From assembly GCA_963699755.1 (NCBI GenBank), contig CAVOVB010000002.1, forward strand, positions 288,001 through 352,000: a stretch of 64,000 bases of DNA, given 5' to 3'. The position numbers were made by a program, and so were the translations under genes. The notes beneath the pieces were generated by a model. That model saw only the letters and a program-made list of their open reading frames with translations. It was not told where the DNA came from and did not search any database. Position 1 is the first letter of the stretch. The number at the start of each line of letters is the position of its first letter. The DNA comes from an uncultured delta proteobacterium. GTDB taxonomy: Bacteria; Myxococcota_A; Polyangia; Polyangiales; Houyiibacteriaceae. Positions 14,346-23,812 of this stretch are shown one piece after another.

Positions 14346-15556
14346 TGAGCACCTCGTTCGAGCTTCTTGGCTTGCAGCCGTGCGTTCTCCTGCACCTCCT
14401 GCTTGCGAGAATGGAGCCTCATGTGACCGCGCTGGATGCCCTCCCCGGCCAGTGCGCGAAGCGCCGCCAAGTTCGATGCCATGCCAGCCGCACCCATGAC
14501 GACGGCGAGCTCCCCCGCATTCTGGATGCCCATGAGCTCGAAGCCGGCGCGAACGCCACGATGGACACGCGTCGAGCCGCCGACGGTACCGACGGCCATC
14601 GGCATGTCGAGCTCCCCGTGCACCCCACTCTCGGTGCGGCTCCAAACGACGAGCGGCCTATAACGCCCGGTCAGCGCAGCGAACGCGTGGGCCCCCGCTT
14701 CAATGGAGCGCCAATCCTGCCCCATCGCAAGGGCCACCGCATCGATGCCGTTCATCACGCCCTTGTTGTGCGTAACCGCGCGGAAGGGATCGAGCTCAGC
14801 AAAGCGGCTCGCCTTCACGATGCCGTCTGCGAGCTCCGGGCCACCGAGTGCATCGACACTCACGTCGCAGCGCACTTTGATGCGACGTCGCAGAGGCAGA
14901 TTGCTGAGGATGCGCAAGCCGACCGTGCCGCCGGTCAGCTCCTGGATTCGTGGAGCGACAGCTTCGGCGACCGCGTCTACGACGTTGGCGCCCATCGCAT
15001 CGCCCACGTCGACGTAAAGATGCACGACCAAAATCCCGTCGTCTTCGTCGAGCACGCGCACGTCGAGATCACGGGAGCCACCGCCCCGCTCGACCATGCC
15101 CGGGATTGCTTCGTCTGCGATCTGGAAGATGAGATCACGCTCGGCTTCCACGCGGACCTTCGCCGCTTGCGGATCGGGCACATCATCGAACTGCACCTGC
15201 GTCGTCATGATCGGCGCCGTAGCCTCGCCAAAGAAGCCGCCGGTCATACGCACCTGACGCGCAGCGTTCGATGCCGCCGCGACGACCGAAGGCTCCTCCA
15301 CCGACATGGGTACCAAGACGTCGTTGTTGTTGACACGGAAATTGAGCGCGATCGCGAGAGGCAGACCGTGCACGCCGATCACGTTCTCGCTCATGCGGTC
15401 GGCGACCTCGAGCGTGAGGCGCCCGCCGTCCTGAAGATGCCTTACCGAATCCTCGGATAGCAGGCCGGTATCGATCATAGTTCGCAGCCGCTGCTCGACA
15501 TGCTCGCGGTAGAACCCCGGGATGCGGCTAGTCACGGTTGGTGGTTGCTTGGACAT
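14342..15556 (-). CDS. mvaA: Class II HMG-CoA reductase
   Basis: ENVIG, EEPSVVAA, DAMGAN, THNKG, GQDWR, GTVGG, GIQRGHMRLH. Confidence 0.95.
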   Translation of the reverse strand: MSKQPPTVTSRIPGFYREHVEQRLRTMIDTGLLSEDSVRHLQDGGRLTLEVADRMSENVIGVHGLPLAIALNFRVNNNDVLVPMSVEEPSVVAAASNAARQVRMTGGFFGEATAPIMTTQVQFDDVPDPQAAKVRVEAERDLIFQIADEAIPGMVERGGGSRDLDVRVLDEDDGILVVHLYVDVGDAMGANVVDAVAEAVAPRIQELTGGTVGLRILSNLPLRRRIKVRCDVSVDALGGPELADGIVKASRFAELDPFRAVTHNKGVMNGIDAVALAMGQDWRSIEAGAHAFAALTGRYRPLVVWSRTESGVHGELDMPMAVGTVGGSTRVHRGVRAGFELMGIQNAGELAVVMGAAGMASNLAALRALAGEGIQRGHMRLHSRKQEVQENARLQAKKLERGAQ

Positions 15557-15580
15557 CGATGACTCTTTCCTGGTTGCTCG

Positions 15581-16651
15581 CTAGGACTCCCGGTGGACGG
15601 TGGCGCGAGCCACCGTGATCAACGCATCTCGTGCCCGCCCCTCGGGCAGCCCGTTTAAGGCCGAACAGGCCTCGTCGGCTTTGTGAATCGCCAGCTCGCG
15701 CGTCGCCTCGAGCGCGCCCGTCAGTTTCAGCGCGGACAGTAATTCCGACTTCGCTGCGTCGGACACCTCGTCTACAGGGCTCGCGACCAGCTCCTCCAGA
15801 ACAGACCGGAGTGAAGGGTCCCGCTCGAGGGCGACAATCACGGGGTACGTCATCTTGCCCTCGCGCAAGTCGGTGAATGGAGATTTTCCGATCGTCGAGC
15901 TTTCGCCCGCGTAGTCGAGCTGGTCGTCGATCAGTTGAAACGCGACACCGAGGTGAAGCCCATACTCTTCGAGCGCCTGGCACGCTCCAGGGTCGAGACC
16001 GCCGGCCCGGGCGCCCGCGAACATCGCCCAGCGGAAAAGCGCAGCCGTCTTTCCCTCGACCACCTGCATGTAGGTATGCATGCGGGCGTCGATGCGGCCA
16101 CGGTTTTCGAGCTGAATGGCCTCCGCGAAGATCATCTCGTCGATGATGTCGAGCAAGCGGATCAAAACATCGGGCATTTCGGCAGCTCGAACGCGGCGAA
16201 GCGCATCGACGAGCAACCAGTCACCGGCAAAAATCGACGCGGCATTCCCATAGAGGGTGCGGGCGGCAGGCACACCGCGACGTTGATCACCCGCGTCCAC
16301 GACATCATCGTGCAGGAGCGTCGCACAATGCACGAGCTCCACCGCCACCCCGAACGCGCGCGTCTTGTCGTCGAGGCCCTCTCCGAGCCGCGAGGCCAGA
16401 ACTACGCACATCGGACGGAGCCTCTTCCCAGCAATTTCGAGCAAATGATGCGCGCTCTTGTGCACCAAGCTCTCACCGAGAGGCAGACCCTGGATATTTT
16501 TTTCGAGCTCCGCCATGTCCCAACGCACCAATCCGGCGAGGTCGGCCAAGTCCGCAGAAAGGTCTCGAAGGCCCTGCGAATCGCAGACGGCCTGCAGGCT
16601 TGTCAGCACGTCAGACGACGAATCGGATCGAAGCGCCGCAATCAACGACAT
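15581..16651 (-). CDS. Polyprenyl (hepta/octaprenyl) diphosphate synthase
   Basis: GKRLRP, LLHDDVVD..RRG, KTA.LF, FQLIDD.LD, DLREGKMT; ATG at 16651. Confidence 0.93.
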   Translation of the reverse strand: MSLIAALRSDSSSDVLTSLQAVCDSQGLRDLSADLADLAGLVRWDMAELEKNIQGLPLGESLVHKSAHHLLEIAGKRLRPMCVVLASRLGEGLDDKTRAFGVAVELVHCATLLHDDVVDAGDQRRGVPAARTLYGNAASIFAGDWLLVDALRRVRAAEMPDVLIRLLDIIDEMIFAEAIQLENRGRIDARMHTYMQVVEGKTAALFRWAMFAGARAGGLDPGACQALEEYGLHLGVAFQLIDDQLDYAGESSTIGKSPFTDLREGKMTYPVIVALERDPSLRSVLEELVASPVDEVSDAAKSELLSALKLTGALEATRELAIHKADEACSALNGLPEGRARDALITVARATVHRES

Positions 16652-16682
16652 CTCGGGCCTCCGCTGAGTCTTCGCTGGTGCA

Positions 16683-17258
16683 TCAGTCTTCTTCTTCCGC
16701 TGCTTGCAGATCGGCTGGGTTGAGCATGCGACCTGCGACCAGCATACGAACGAGCCGTTCGCCGGCTTTGGATAGGGCGGCGAGCCTTGCAAGTCGCTTG
16801 CGCATGTAGTCCACGCGCCGGCGCTCCTCGCCCCTGAGCTGATCGCGCGCCTCATCGAGAACGCGCTGTGCTTCGCAGAAGGCGTCGCTCGCTTCGCGTA
16901 TGAGGTTGAGCTCCCGGCGTTCGTACACGCGACGAAGGAGCTTCCAAACACTGCTTTCCGCCTGATAGAAGTCTTTTCGTTCACCGGGGAGCCAGGTCTT
17001 GCGCACAGCGCCCCATCGAACCAGCTCCCCGAGGGACAAGCTCACCGCGCTGCTGCTCAGCTGAAGCGTCTCCGAGAGCGCTCCGGTGGTCATCGGCTCG
17101 GGGGAAAGGTAAAGGATCGTCCAGAGCCGTCCCATGTGGCGGCGGAAGCCCCAGAACTCCATCAATCGCCCCATCGCGTCGGCCGCACGAAGTTCGCCCT
17201 CACGCCATAAAGGCTGAGAATCATTCGGTTCTGTCTGTTTGGCGGCTGCGGTGGGCAC
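16683..17258 (-). CDS. GbsR/MarR-family transcriptional regulator
   Basis: FWGF.R.MGRLW..LYLS.EPM, wHTH LSSSAVS.SL.EL..WG.V, GERKDFY; first gene of the men operon. Confidence 0.88.
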   Translation of the reverse strand: MPTAAAKQTEPNDSQPLWREGELRAADAMGRLMEFWGFRRHMGRLWTILYLSPEPMTTGALSETLQLSSSAVSLSLGELVRWGAVRKTWLPGERKDFYQAESSVWKLLRRVYERRELNLIREASDAFCEAQRVLDEARDQLRGEERRRVDYMRKRLARLAALSKAGERLVRMLVAGRMLNPADLQAAEEED

Positions 17259-17274
17259 TCGGGCGGCTCGGTTC

Positions 17275-17292
17275 GTTCAAATTTTATTGAAC
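17275..17292. promoter_or_regulatory. AT-rich palindrome GTTCAA-N6-TTGAAC, candidate operator of the GbsR-family regulator
   Basis: Perfect 6-bp inverted repeat 16 bp upstream of the regulator GTG, in the divergent regulator/ilvD intergenic region. Confidence 0.65.
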
Positions 17293-17391
17293 AGTCGTAG
17301 GACCGGGGCGGGAACGGGTCAAGTCGAAGGTCTCAGGAGCCGAAGCAGGGTGCGGATGAGGGGGATCGGAGTGCTAGACTCTGCAGCCCCC

Positions 17392-19074
17392 ATGAGCAGA
17401 AAACTCAACAAGTACAGCAGTCGAATCACCCAACCCCCGTCGCAGGGCGCATCCCAGGCGATGCTCCATGCAACCGGGCTGAGCAGGGGCGACCTGGACA
17501 AGGCGGAAGTTGGCATCTCGGCGGTCTGGTACGAGGGCAACAGCTGCAACATGCACCTCAACGAACTGGCCGGGGTCGTGAAGCGCGGGGTCGTGGACGC
17601 GGGGCTGGTCGGCATGCGCTTCAACACCGTCGGCGTCTCGGACGGGATTTCGATGGGCACCGACGGGATGAGCTACTCGCTGCAGTCCCGCGATTTGATT
17701 GCCGACTCGATCGAGACCGTCATGGCAGCGCACTGGTACGACGCGAACATCTCGATTCCCGGCTGCGACAAGAACATGCCCGGATGCATGATCGCGATTG
17801 GCCGCCTCAATCGGCCAGCGCTCATGATCTACGGCGGAACGATTCGCGCGGGCCGTGGAAACCACGGCGAGAAGCTCGATGTAGTCTCAGCGTTCCAGTC
17901 CTACGGCCAGCTACTGGCGAAATCGATCGACGAGACCAAGCGCCTCGACATCATCGAGCACGCCTGCCCTGGCGCTGGCGCCTGCGGTGGGATGTACACG
18001 GCAAACACCATGGCATCGGCGATCGAAGCGATGGGCATGTCTCTCCCATATAGCTCCTCGACGCCGGCAGAGGATCCTGGAAAACGGGAGGAATGCTTGC
18101 GAGCAGGCCAAGCTATCAAGCTACTCCTGGAGAAGGACATCAAACCGCTCGATATCATGACACGGCAAGCCTTTGAAAACGCCATGGTGACGATCATGGC
18201 GCTTGGTGGCTCGACCAATGCGGTCCTGCACCTCATCGCAATGGCGCGGGCGGTCGATGTTCCCTTGACGATCGATGACTTCCAAACGGTCAGCGATCGC
18301 GTGCCGTTTCTCGCGGACCTGAAGCCGAGCGGACAGTACGTGATGGAGGATTTGCACCAGGTTGGCGGCACCCCGGCCGTGCTTCGCTATCTGATGGCCC
18401 ACGGCGCGCTTCACGGCGACTGTCTCACCGTCACCGGCAAAACCCTCGCCGAGAATCTCGCGGGGCTTCCCGACTTGAGCGAGGGACAAGACGTCATTCG
18501 TTCTTGGGAAACGCCGATCAAGAAGACAGGACACCTCACGATTCTGCGCGGCAGCCTCGCGCCCGACGGTTCGGTTGCAAAGATCACCGGGAAAGAAGGC
18601 TATCAGTTCAAGGGGCCCGCCAAAGTCTTCAACTGCGAAGAGGACATGTTGGCCGCGATGGAGCACGACGGAATCGAGAAAGGCGACGTCGTCGTCATTC
18701 GCTATGAGGGACCGAAGGGTGGGCCTGGGATGCCCGAGATGCTCTCACCAACCTCGGTCATCATGGGAGCGGGGCTCGGTCAGGATGTTGCGCTCATCAC
18801 CGACGGCCGTTTCTCGGGCGGCTCGCACGGCTTCATCATCGGCCACATCACACCAGAGGCGCAGGAAGGCGGGCCCATCGCCCTGGTGCAAGATGGCGAC
18901 CTCATCGCCATCGACGCCAAGAAGCGATCGATCGATCTCGGGGTGCCCGATGCGGAGCTCGCAAAGCGTCGCGCCCGGTGGAAGGCGCCTGAGCTCAAGG
19001 CCAAACGTGGGACACTTTACAAATATATCAAGAATGTGAAATCCGCTTCGGACGGCTGCGTGACCGACGAATAG
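17392..19074 (+). CDS. ilvD: Dihydroxy-acid dehydratase
   Basis: [49 protein letters not shown] at 17392. Confidence 0.97.
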   Translation: MSRKLNKYSSRITQPPSQGASQAMLHATGLSRGDLDKAEVGISAVWYEGNSCNMHLNELAGVVKRGVVDAGLVGMRFNTVGVSDGISMGTDGMSYSLQSRDLIADSIETVMAAHWYDANISIPGCDKNMPGCMIAIGRLNRPALMIYGGTIRAGRGNHGEKLDVVSAFQSYGQLLAKSIDETKRLDIIEHACPGAGACGGMYTANTMASAIEAMGMSLPYSSSTPAEDPGKREECLRAGQAIKLLLEKDIKPLDIMTRQAFENAMVTIMALGGSTNAVLHLIAMARAVDVPLTIDDFQTVSDRVPFLADLKPSGQYVMEDLHQVGGTPAVLRYLMAHGALHGDCLTVTGKTLAENLAGLPDLSEGQDVIRSWETPIKKTGHLTILRGSLAPDGSVAKITGKEGYQFKGPAKVFNCEEDMLAAMEHDGIEKGDVVVIRYEGPKGGPGMPEMLSPTSVIMGAGLGQDVALITDGRFSGGSHGFIIGHITPEAQEGGPIALVQDGDLIAIDAKKRSIDLGVPDAELAKRRARWKAPELKAKRGTLYKYIKNVKSASDGCVTDE

Positions 19075-19113
19075 AAACTCGGTTCACGCGCGAGCACGGA
19101 CCGTTCGACCCGG

Positions 19114-19138
19114 CCGGGACGCCGTTGGCCCGGTTTTT
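19114..19138 (+). terminator. Possible intrinsic terminator after ilvD
   Basis: CCGGG...CCCGG followed by TTTTT; short stem. Confidence 0.35.
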
Positions 19139-19207
19139 CCAGCGATTTCGTGGTCCACCCCTACACTGAAGCAGGTCAGGTCAGACAGCTGCCGCGGGGG
19201 ATTGATC

Positions 19208-20365
19208 ATGTACATCAACAAACGAGGCCTTCAGGAGATTGGGAAAGTCATCTTCAAGAGGCCGACCGTTGGCCGTCTGGTGACGACTGCCTGGGTCGCG
19301 CCGATCTATCTCGGTCTTCGCCAAGCTGCGGTGACATTCCGCGCCCTCGACGAGCTCGTCTGCCCCGAGTACCGCCACCAGAAGGTCGAGCGCCCGGTCT
19401 TCGTCTTCGCCAATCCACGGAGCGGCACCACCCTCGCCCATCGCCTCATCAGCATGGACGAAGAGGTCTTCACCACAGTGAAGCTCTACCAAACGATCTT
19501 CCCCGCCGTGACCGCAACCAAGACGTTCAAGCGGCTGATCGCGCTCGCACAGACCAGCATCGGCTCGGTCCTCAACCGCGCGTACGACCTTTTCAACGCC
19601 CCACTCGAGAGTCGCTGGCAGGAAGTCCATCACCTCAGTCTCGACCAAGCCGAGGAAGACGTGTGCACGCTGCTTTGGAGCCTGACCTCTCCGGCGACCG
19701 GTCTTCTCTTTCCGTTCATGGAAGACATGCCAAGCCAGACCTGGGTCGACCATCAGCCCCCCGAGGAGCGGCGCGCGTTCATGGAGTCGTATGAGAACAC
19801 CATCAAACGCCACGTGTTCGAAGCGGGCGGCAAACGCTTCTTGAACAAGAACGTATTTTTCTCGACCCGTGTTCGGTCCGTCTACGAAAAGTTCCCCGAT
19901 GCTGTGTTCGTGTACCTGGTCCGTGACCCGCACGACTGCCTTCCGTCGTTCTTGAACATGTTCTACCAGGCCTGGAAGGCGCACTCGCCGAGCATTCCTC
20001 CCGATGGGGAAGAGATTCAGGCGCTCAAACGGCTCGGCTACGACTACTATCGATATGCGCTCGAGTGCCGGAAAGAAATCCCAGAAGACCAGTTCATCGT
20101 AATTCGCTACGAGGACCTTGTCGGGGACCCGAAGAAGGCGATCTTGGATTTGTACGGCCGACTCGGCATGCCGGTGAGTGAGGCGTTCGAGGCCAAGCTC
20201 GACGAGGCCCTCGTGGACCATCACGACTACGAAAGCCCCAGGAATTTCGAGCTCGATTTCTTCGGAATCAGCCGAGAAGAGGTTTCTCACGAGCTCCGCG
20301 AAGTCTTCGAAGAGTTCGGCTACGAGAGTCCCGAAGAGGCCCGGTACCTCGAAGCCGCCGAATAG
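19208..20365 (+). CDS. PAPS-dependent sulfotransferase (Sulfotransfer_3 family)
   Basis: 5'-PSB PVFVFANPRSGTT, KN, FPDA.FVYLVRDP...S, RYEDLV.DP. Confidence 0.88.
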   Translation: MYINKRGLQEIGKVIFKRPTVGRLVTTAWVAPIYLGLRQAAVTFRALDELVCPEYRHQKVERPVFVFANPRSGTTLAHRLISMDEEVFTTVKLYQTIFPAVTATKTFKRLIALAQTSIGSVLNRAYDLFNAPLESRWQEVHHLSLDQAEEDVCTLLWSLTSPATGLLFPFMEDMPSQTWVDHQPPEERRAFMESYENTIKRHVFEAGGKRFLNKNVFFSTRVRSVYEKFPDAVFVYLVRDPHDCLPSFLNMFYQAWKAHSPSIPPDGEEIQALKRLGYDYYRYALECRKEIPEDQFIVIRYEDLVGDPKKAILDLYGRLGMPVSEAFEAKLDEALVDHHDYESPRNFELDFFGISREEVSHELREVFEEFGYESPEEARYLEAAE

Positions 20366-20422
20366 GCGACCGCCGGCTAACACCGGTGGGGCAACGTTGT
20401 ACATTCCCCACTCGGAGGATGT

Positions 20423-21517
20423 ATGACGACGGACGTCGAAAGTCTCGAATTTCCCGGCAGCGATGGGCAGCCTCGCGCGGGTCGAATTGACTTGCCGGCT
20501 GTGAGGCCGATTGCCTGCGCTGTGTTCGCTCATTGCTTCACCTGCTCCAAGGACAGCAGAGCGGCAAGATATGTCGGTGCCGCTCTTGCGGAGAGGGGAA
20601 TCGCGACTCTCCGATTCGACTTCGCGGGACTGGGTGAGAGCGGAGGCGAGTTTGACAGCACGACGCTCGCTCACGACGCAGGCGATATCATTGCCGCTGC
20701 GGGCGCGTTGCACGAGGTCTACCCCGTCCCATTGCTACTCGTTGGGCATAGCCTCGGAGGAACGGCAGCTCTCGCCGCGGCTGGGCGAATTCCAGAGGCA
20801 GCCGGTGTCGCGACCATCGGTGCGCCTTTCGAACCCCAGCATGCCGCGGGAATCGGCAGCATGAGGAAGCCTCTGGTCGTCTTTCACTCCCCGCAGGACA
20901 ATGTCGTCGGGATCGACAACGCACGCAGGATTTACGAAGCCGCCCGTCACCCGAAGAGCTTCGTCTCTTTGGACGGAGCCGATCACCTGCTGGGCCGGCG
21001 GAGTGATGCGCGGTACGTCGCGGAGGTTCTGGCGGCCTGGGCAGACCGCTATTTGCCCGAACAGCCTGCTGAAGAGCCCCCGATGGATGCCCCCGAGGGC
21101 GAGGTCGTCGTCGAGGGAAAGACCATCAGCTTCTTGCAGCGAATTCAGGCGCGCCATCTAAGCTTCGCAGCCGACGAACCGATCGATAAGGGAGGTAGCG
21201 ATCTCGGTCCCAACCCGTACGAGCTCTTGCTCGCTGGACTCGGCGCATGTACCTCGATGACCTTGAAGATGTATGCGGGAAGGAAGGAGTGGCCTCTCGA
21301 AGCGGTACGGGTCACCCTGCGCCACGATCACGTTCACGCTAAAGATTGCGAAGACTGCGACAAGGACACCGGAATGATCGATGTGATCGAAAAGAAGCTC
21401 GAGCTCGAAGGCGCCCTCACTGAGGAGCAACGTGAGCGACTTCTCGAGATCTCGGCGCGCTGCCCGGTGCACCGAACCCTGGTCAACGAAATCAAGATCC
21501 GCTCGGAGCTCGCTTGA
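20423..21517 (+). CDS. Alpha/beta-hydrolase-OsmC fusion (apparent internal in-frame deletion)
   Basis: AHCFTCSKD, GHSLGG, HSPQD, HPKSFVSLDGADHLL; OsmC part LGACTSMT...CPVHRTL. Confidence 0.88.
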   Translation: MTTDVESLEFPGSDGQPRAGRIDLPAVRPIACAVFAHCFTCSKDSRAARYVGAALAERGIATLRFDFAGLGESGGEFDSTTLAHDAGDIIAAAGALHEVYPVPLLLVGHSLGGTAALAAAGRIPEAAGVATIGAPFEPQHAAGIGSMRKPLVVFHSPQDNVVGIDNARRIYEAARHPKSFVSLDGADHLLGRRSDARYVAEVLAAWADRYLPEQPAEEPPMDAPEGEVVVEGKTISFLQRIQARHLSFAADEPIDKGGSDLGPNPYELLLAGLGACTSMTLKMYAGRKEWPLEAVRVTLRHDHVHAKDCEDCDKDTGMIDVIEKKLELEGALTEEQRERLLEISARCPVHRTLVNEIKIRSELA

Positions 21518-23502
21518 CGACACTCGCTTCGATCAACAAGGTTTCGCTCGCGCTGGGTGGAGAGGTGCTCTTCGATGGGCTGTCGCTTCAGGTGCACCAG
21601 GGCGATCACATCGGTCTGGTGGGTCCGAACGGATCAGGGAAATCGAGCCTATTCCGCTTGCTCGCCGGCAAGATCGAACCCGACGGCGGCAGCGTCAAAA
21701 CGCTGCCTGGAGTGCGAGTCGGCTTTTTGCCCCAGGAGATCGCTTCGTTTCCGAACGAGCAGGTGCTGACCTTCGTGTACGACAGCGTGCCCGGCCGGCC
21801 CGAGCTTCGCGCGGAGCTCGAACGGTGCGAAGCTCGGTTGGCCGCGCTCGAGCACGATAGCCACGCCAACCACGATGAGCTGGTCGCTGTGGCGAGCACC
21901 GTCGCAGAGCTTCACGAACGAACCGCCGTGCTGGATGCTCAGTTCTCCGAGCACGACGCCAAAAAGATTCTGCACGGGCTGGGCTTCACCCAAGACGACC
22001 ACCAGCGCCTCTTGTCGGAGCTCAGCGGCGGCTGGAAAATGCGCGCCGTGTTGGCCTCACTCTTGTTTCAAAGACCTGGGCTACTGCTCCTCGACGAGCC
22101 CACCAACCATCTGGACATGCCATCGGTCGCGTGGTTCTCGAAGTTCTTGAGCGGCTACGATCAAGCCCTCTTTCTCGTCTCCCACGATAGGGAGTTCCTG
22201 AACGAGCAGGTTAACCGAGTGGTCAGCTTCGAGCCGGAAGGCGTCCGGACCTTTCGAGGGAACTACGAGCGGTATCTATTGCAGCGGGAGGAAGAGCGGC
22301 AGCTTCTAGAGAACCGGGCGAAGAATCTGGAGAAGGAGAAGGAACACCTCGAGCAGTTCGTGCGACGTTTCCGCGCCAAAGCGAGCAAGGCGGCTCAGGT
22401 TCAAAGCCGTGTTCGCAAGCTCGAGAAGATGGACTCTGTGGAGCTCCACGCCTCCGCACGCGAAGTTCGTTTCTCGTTTCCGGCGACCGATCGTGGCGCG
22501 CGCACCCCGATGCGAGTGGATGACCTCTGCAAGTCGTTTGGCGAGCATGTAGTATTCGACCGCGTGACGCTTGCGGTGGAGCGCGGCGATCGCATCGCGA
22601 TCGTTGGACCCAACGGCGCCGGCAAGACCACGCTCCTGAAGATCTTGGCCGGTGAAATCGAGGCTTCGGCAGGACGCGTGCATCTGCCGGGGCAATCGAA
22701 CGTCCGGTATTTCGCACAGCACCACACGGACGCCCTCGACATGCAACGCACGGTGATAGAAGAGGTCGCCTATGCCAGCGATGGCACGAGCGTGGAGGGT
22801 GTCAGGAAGGTGCTCGGTGCCATGTTGTTCGGCGAGCGAGCGATCGACAAACGAATCTCGGTTCTCTCCGGCGGTGAACGGGCGCGGGTCGCCCTCGCCA
22901 AGATCCTCGTTCGCCCCGGCAACGTCTTGTTGATGGACGAGCCGACGAACCACCTCGACCTTCAAACCACCGAGTCCCTCACCGAGGCGCTCGCCACCTA
23001 CGACGGCACCCTACTCTTCGTCAGCCACAACCGAGGCTTCATCCGTCGCCTCGCGACCAAGCTCTGGGTCGTGCACGACGGCGGCGTCGAAAACTATCCG
23101 GGCACCCTCGACGACTACCTCTGGTCCTGCCAGCAGCGGGATCTCACCCCTGCGACGGAGGGCGCAACCAAGCCGGCGGCTCAGAAGAGAAGTCGGAACG
23201 CCCGAAAGGAGCAGAGACGGAAGGAGGCCGAGCTTCGATCCAAGCAGAATCAGGGCGTGAGGCCGCTGGAGAAACGCGTTGGAGAGCTCGAACAATCGAT
23301 TGCAAGGCTCGAAAAAAAGATCGCCAAGGGCAATGAGGAGCTGAGCAAGCCCGAGGTATATGGCGAGCCCGAGCGCCGCGATAGGCTACTGCACGAGGCG
23401 CGGACGGCGCAGCGGGAGCTGGAACGCGCCTTCGACGAATGGACCGAATCGAACGAGAGGCTGGAACAGCTCCGCGGGGAGCTGAAATCCATGGAGGGTT
23501 GA
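21514..23502 (+). CDS. ABC-F family ribosome-associated ATPase (YheS/Uup-like)
   Basis: Two NBDs ([34 protein letters not shown]), no TM, C-terminal coiled coil. Confidence 0.95.
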   Translation: MTTLASINKVSLALGGEVLFDGLSLQVHQGDHIGLVGPNGSGKSSLFRLLAGKIEPDGGSVKTLPGVRVGFLPQEIASFPNEQVLTFVYDSVPGRPELRAELERCEARLAALEHDSHANHDELVAVASTVAELHERTAVLDAQFSEHDAKKILHGLGFTQDDHQRLLSELSGGWKMRAVLASLLFQRPGLLLLDEPTNHLDMPSVAWFSKFLSGYDQALFLVSHDREFLNEQVNRVVSFEPEGVRTFRGNYERYLLQREEERQLLENRAKNLEKEKEHLEQFVRRFRAKASKAAQVQSRVRKLEKMDSVELHASAREVRFSFPATDRGARTPMRVDDLCKSFGEHVVFDRVTLAVERGDRIAIVGPNGAGKTTLLKILAGEIEASAGRVHLPGQSNVRYFAQHHTDALDMQRTVIEEVAYASDGTSVEGVRKVLGAMLFGERAIDKRISVLSGGERARVALAKILVRPGNVLLMDEPTNHLDLQTTESLTEALATYDGTLLFVSHNRGFIRRLATKLWVVHDGGVENYPGTLDDYLWSCQQRDLTPATEGATKPAAQKRSRNARKEQRRKEAELRSKQNQGVRPLEKRVGELEQSIARLEKKIAKGNEELSKPEVYGEPERRDRLLHEARTAQRELERAFDEWTESNERLEQLRGELKSMEG

Positions 23503-23504
23503 GT

Positions 23505-23792
23505 ATGAAGAAGCTGACCGACGCGGAAATCGCCGCCCAGATGCTGGCGCTCCCGAATTGGGAGCTGGGAACGGACCGCATTCGTCGCGTGTTCCGCTTC
23601 AAAGACTTCGTCGAGGCCTTTGGCTGGATGAGCAGCGTCGCCATCGTAGCCGAATCGATGAATCACCATCCCGAGTGGCGCAATGTCTGGGCAACCGTAG
23701 AGGTGGAGCTCAGCACGCACGACGCCGGCGGGCTCACCGAGCTAGACATGAAGCTCGCCGCCAAGATGGACGAGCTCAGCCGCCTCGGCTGA
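23505..23792 (+). CDS. phhB: Pterin-4-alpha-carbinolamine dehydratase
   Basis: [29 protein letters not shown]. Confidence 0.93.
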   Translation: MKKLTDAEIAAQMLALPNWELGTDRIRRVFRFKDFVEAFGWMSSVAIVAESMNHHPEWRNVWATVEVELSTHDAGGLTELDMKLAAKMDELSRLG

Positions 23793-23812
23793 CCCTGCCT
23801 TGCGTCTCACCG

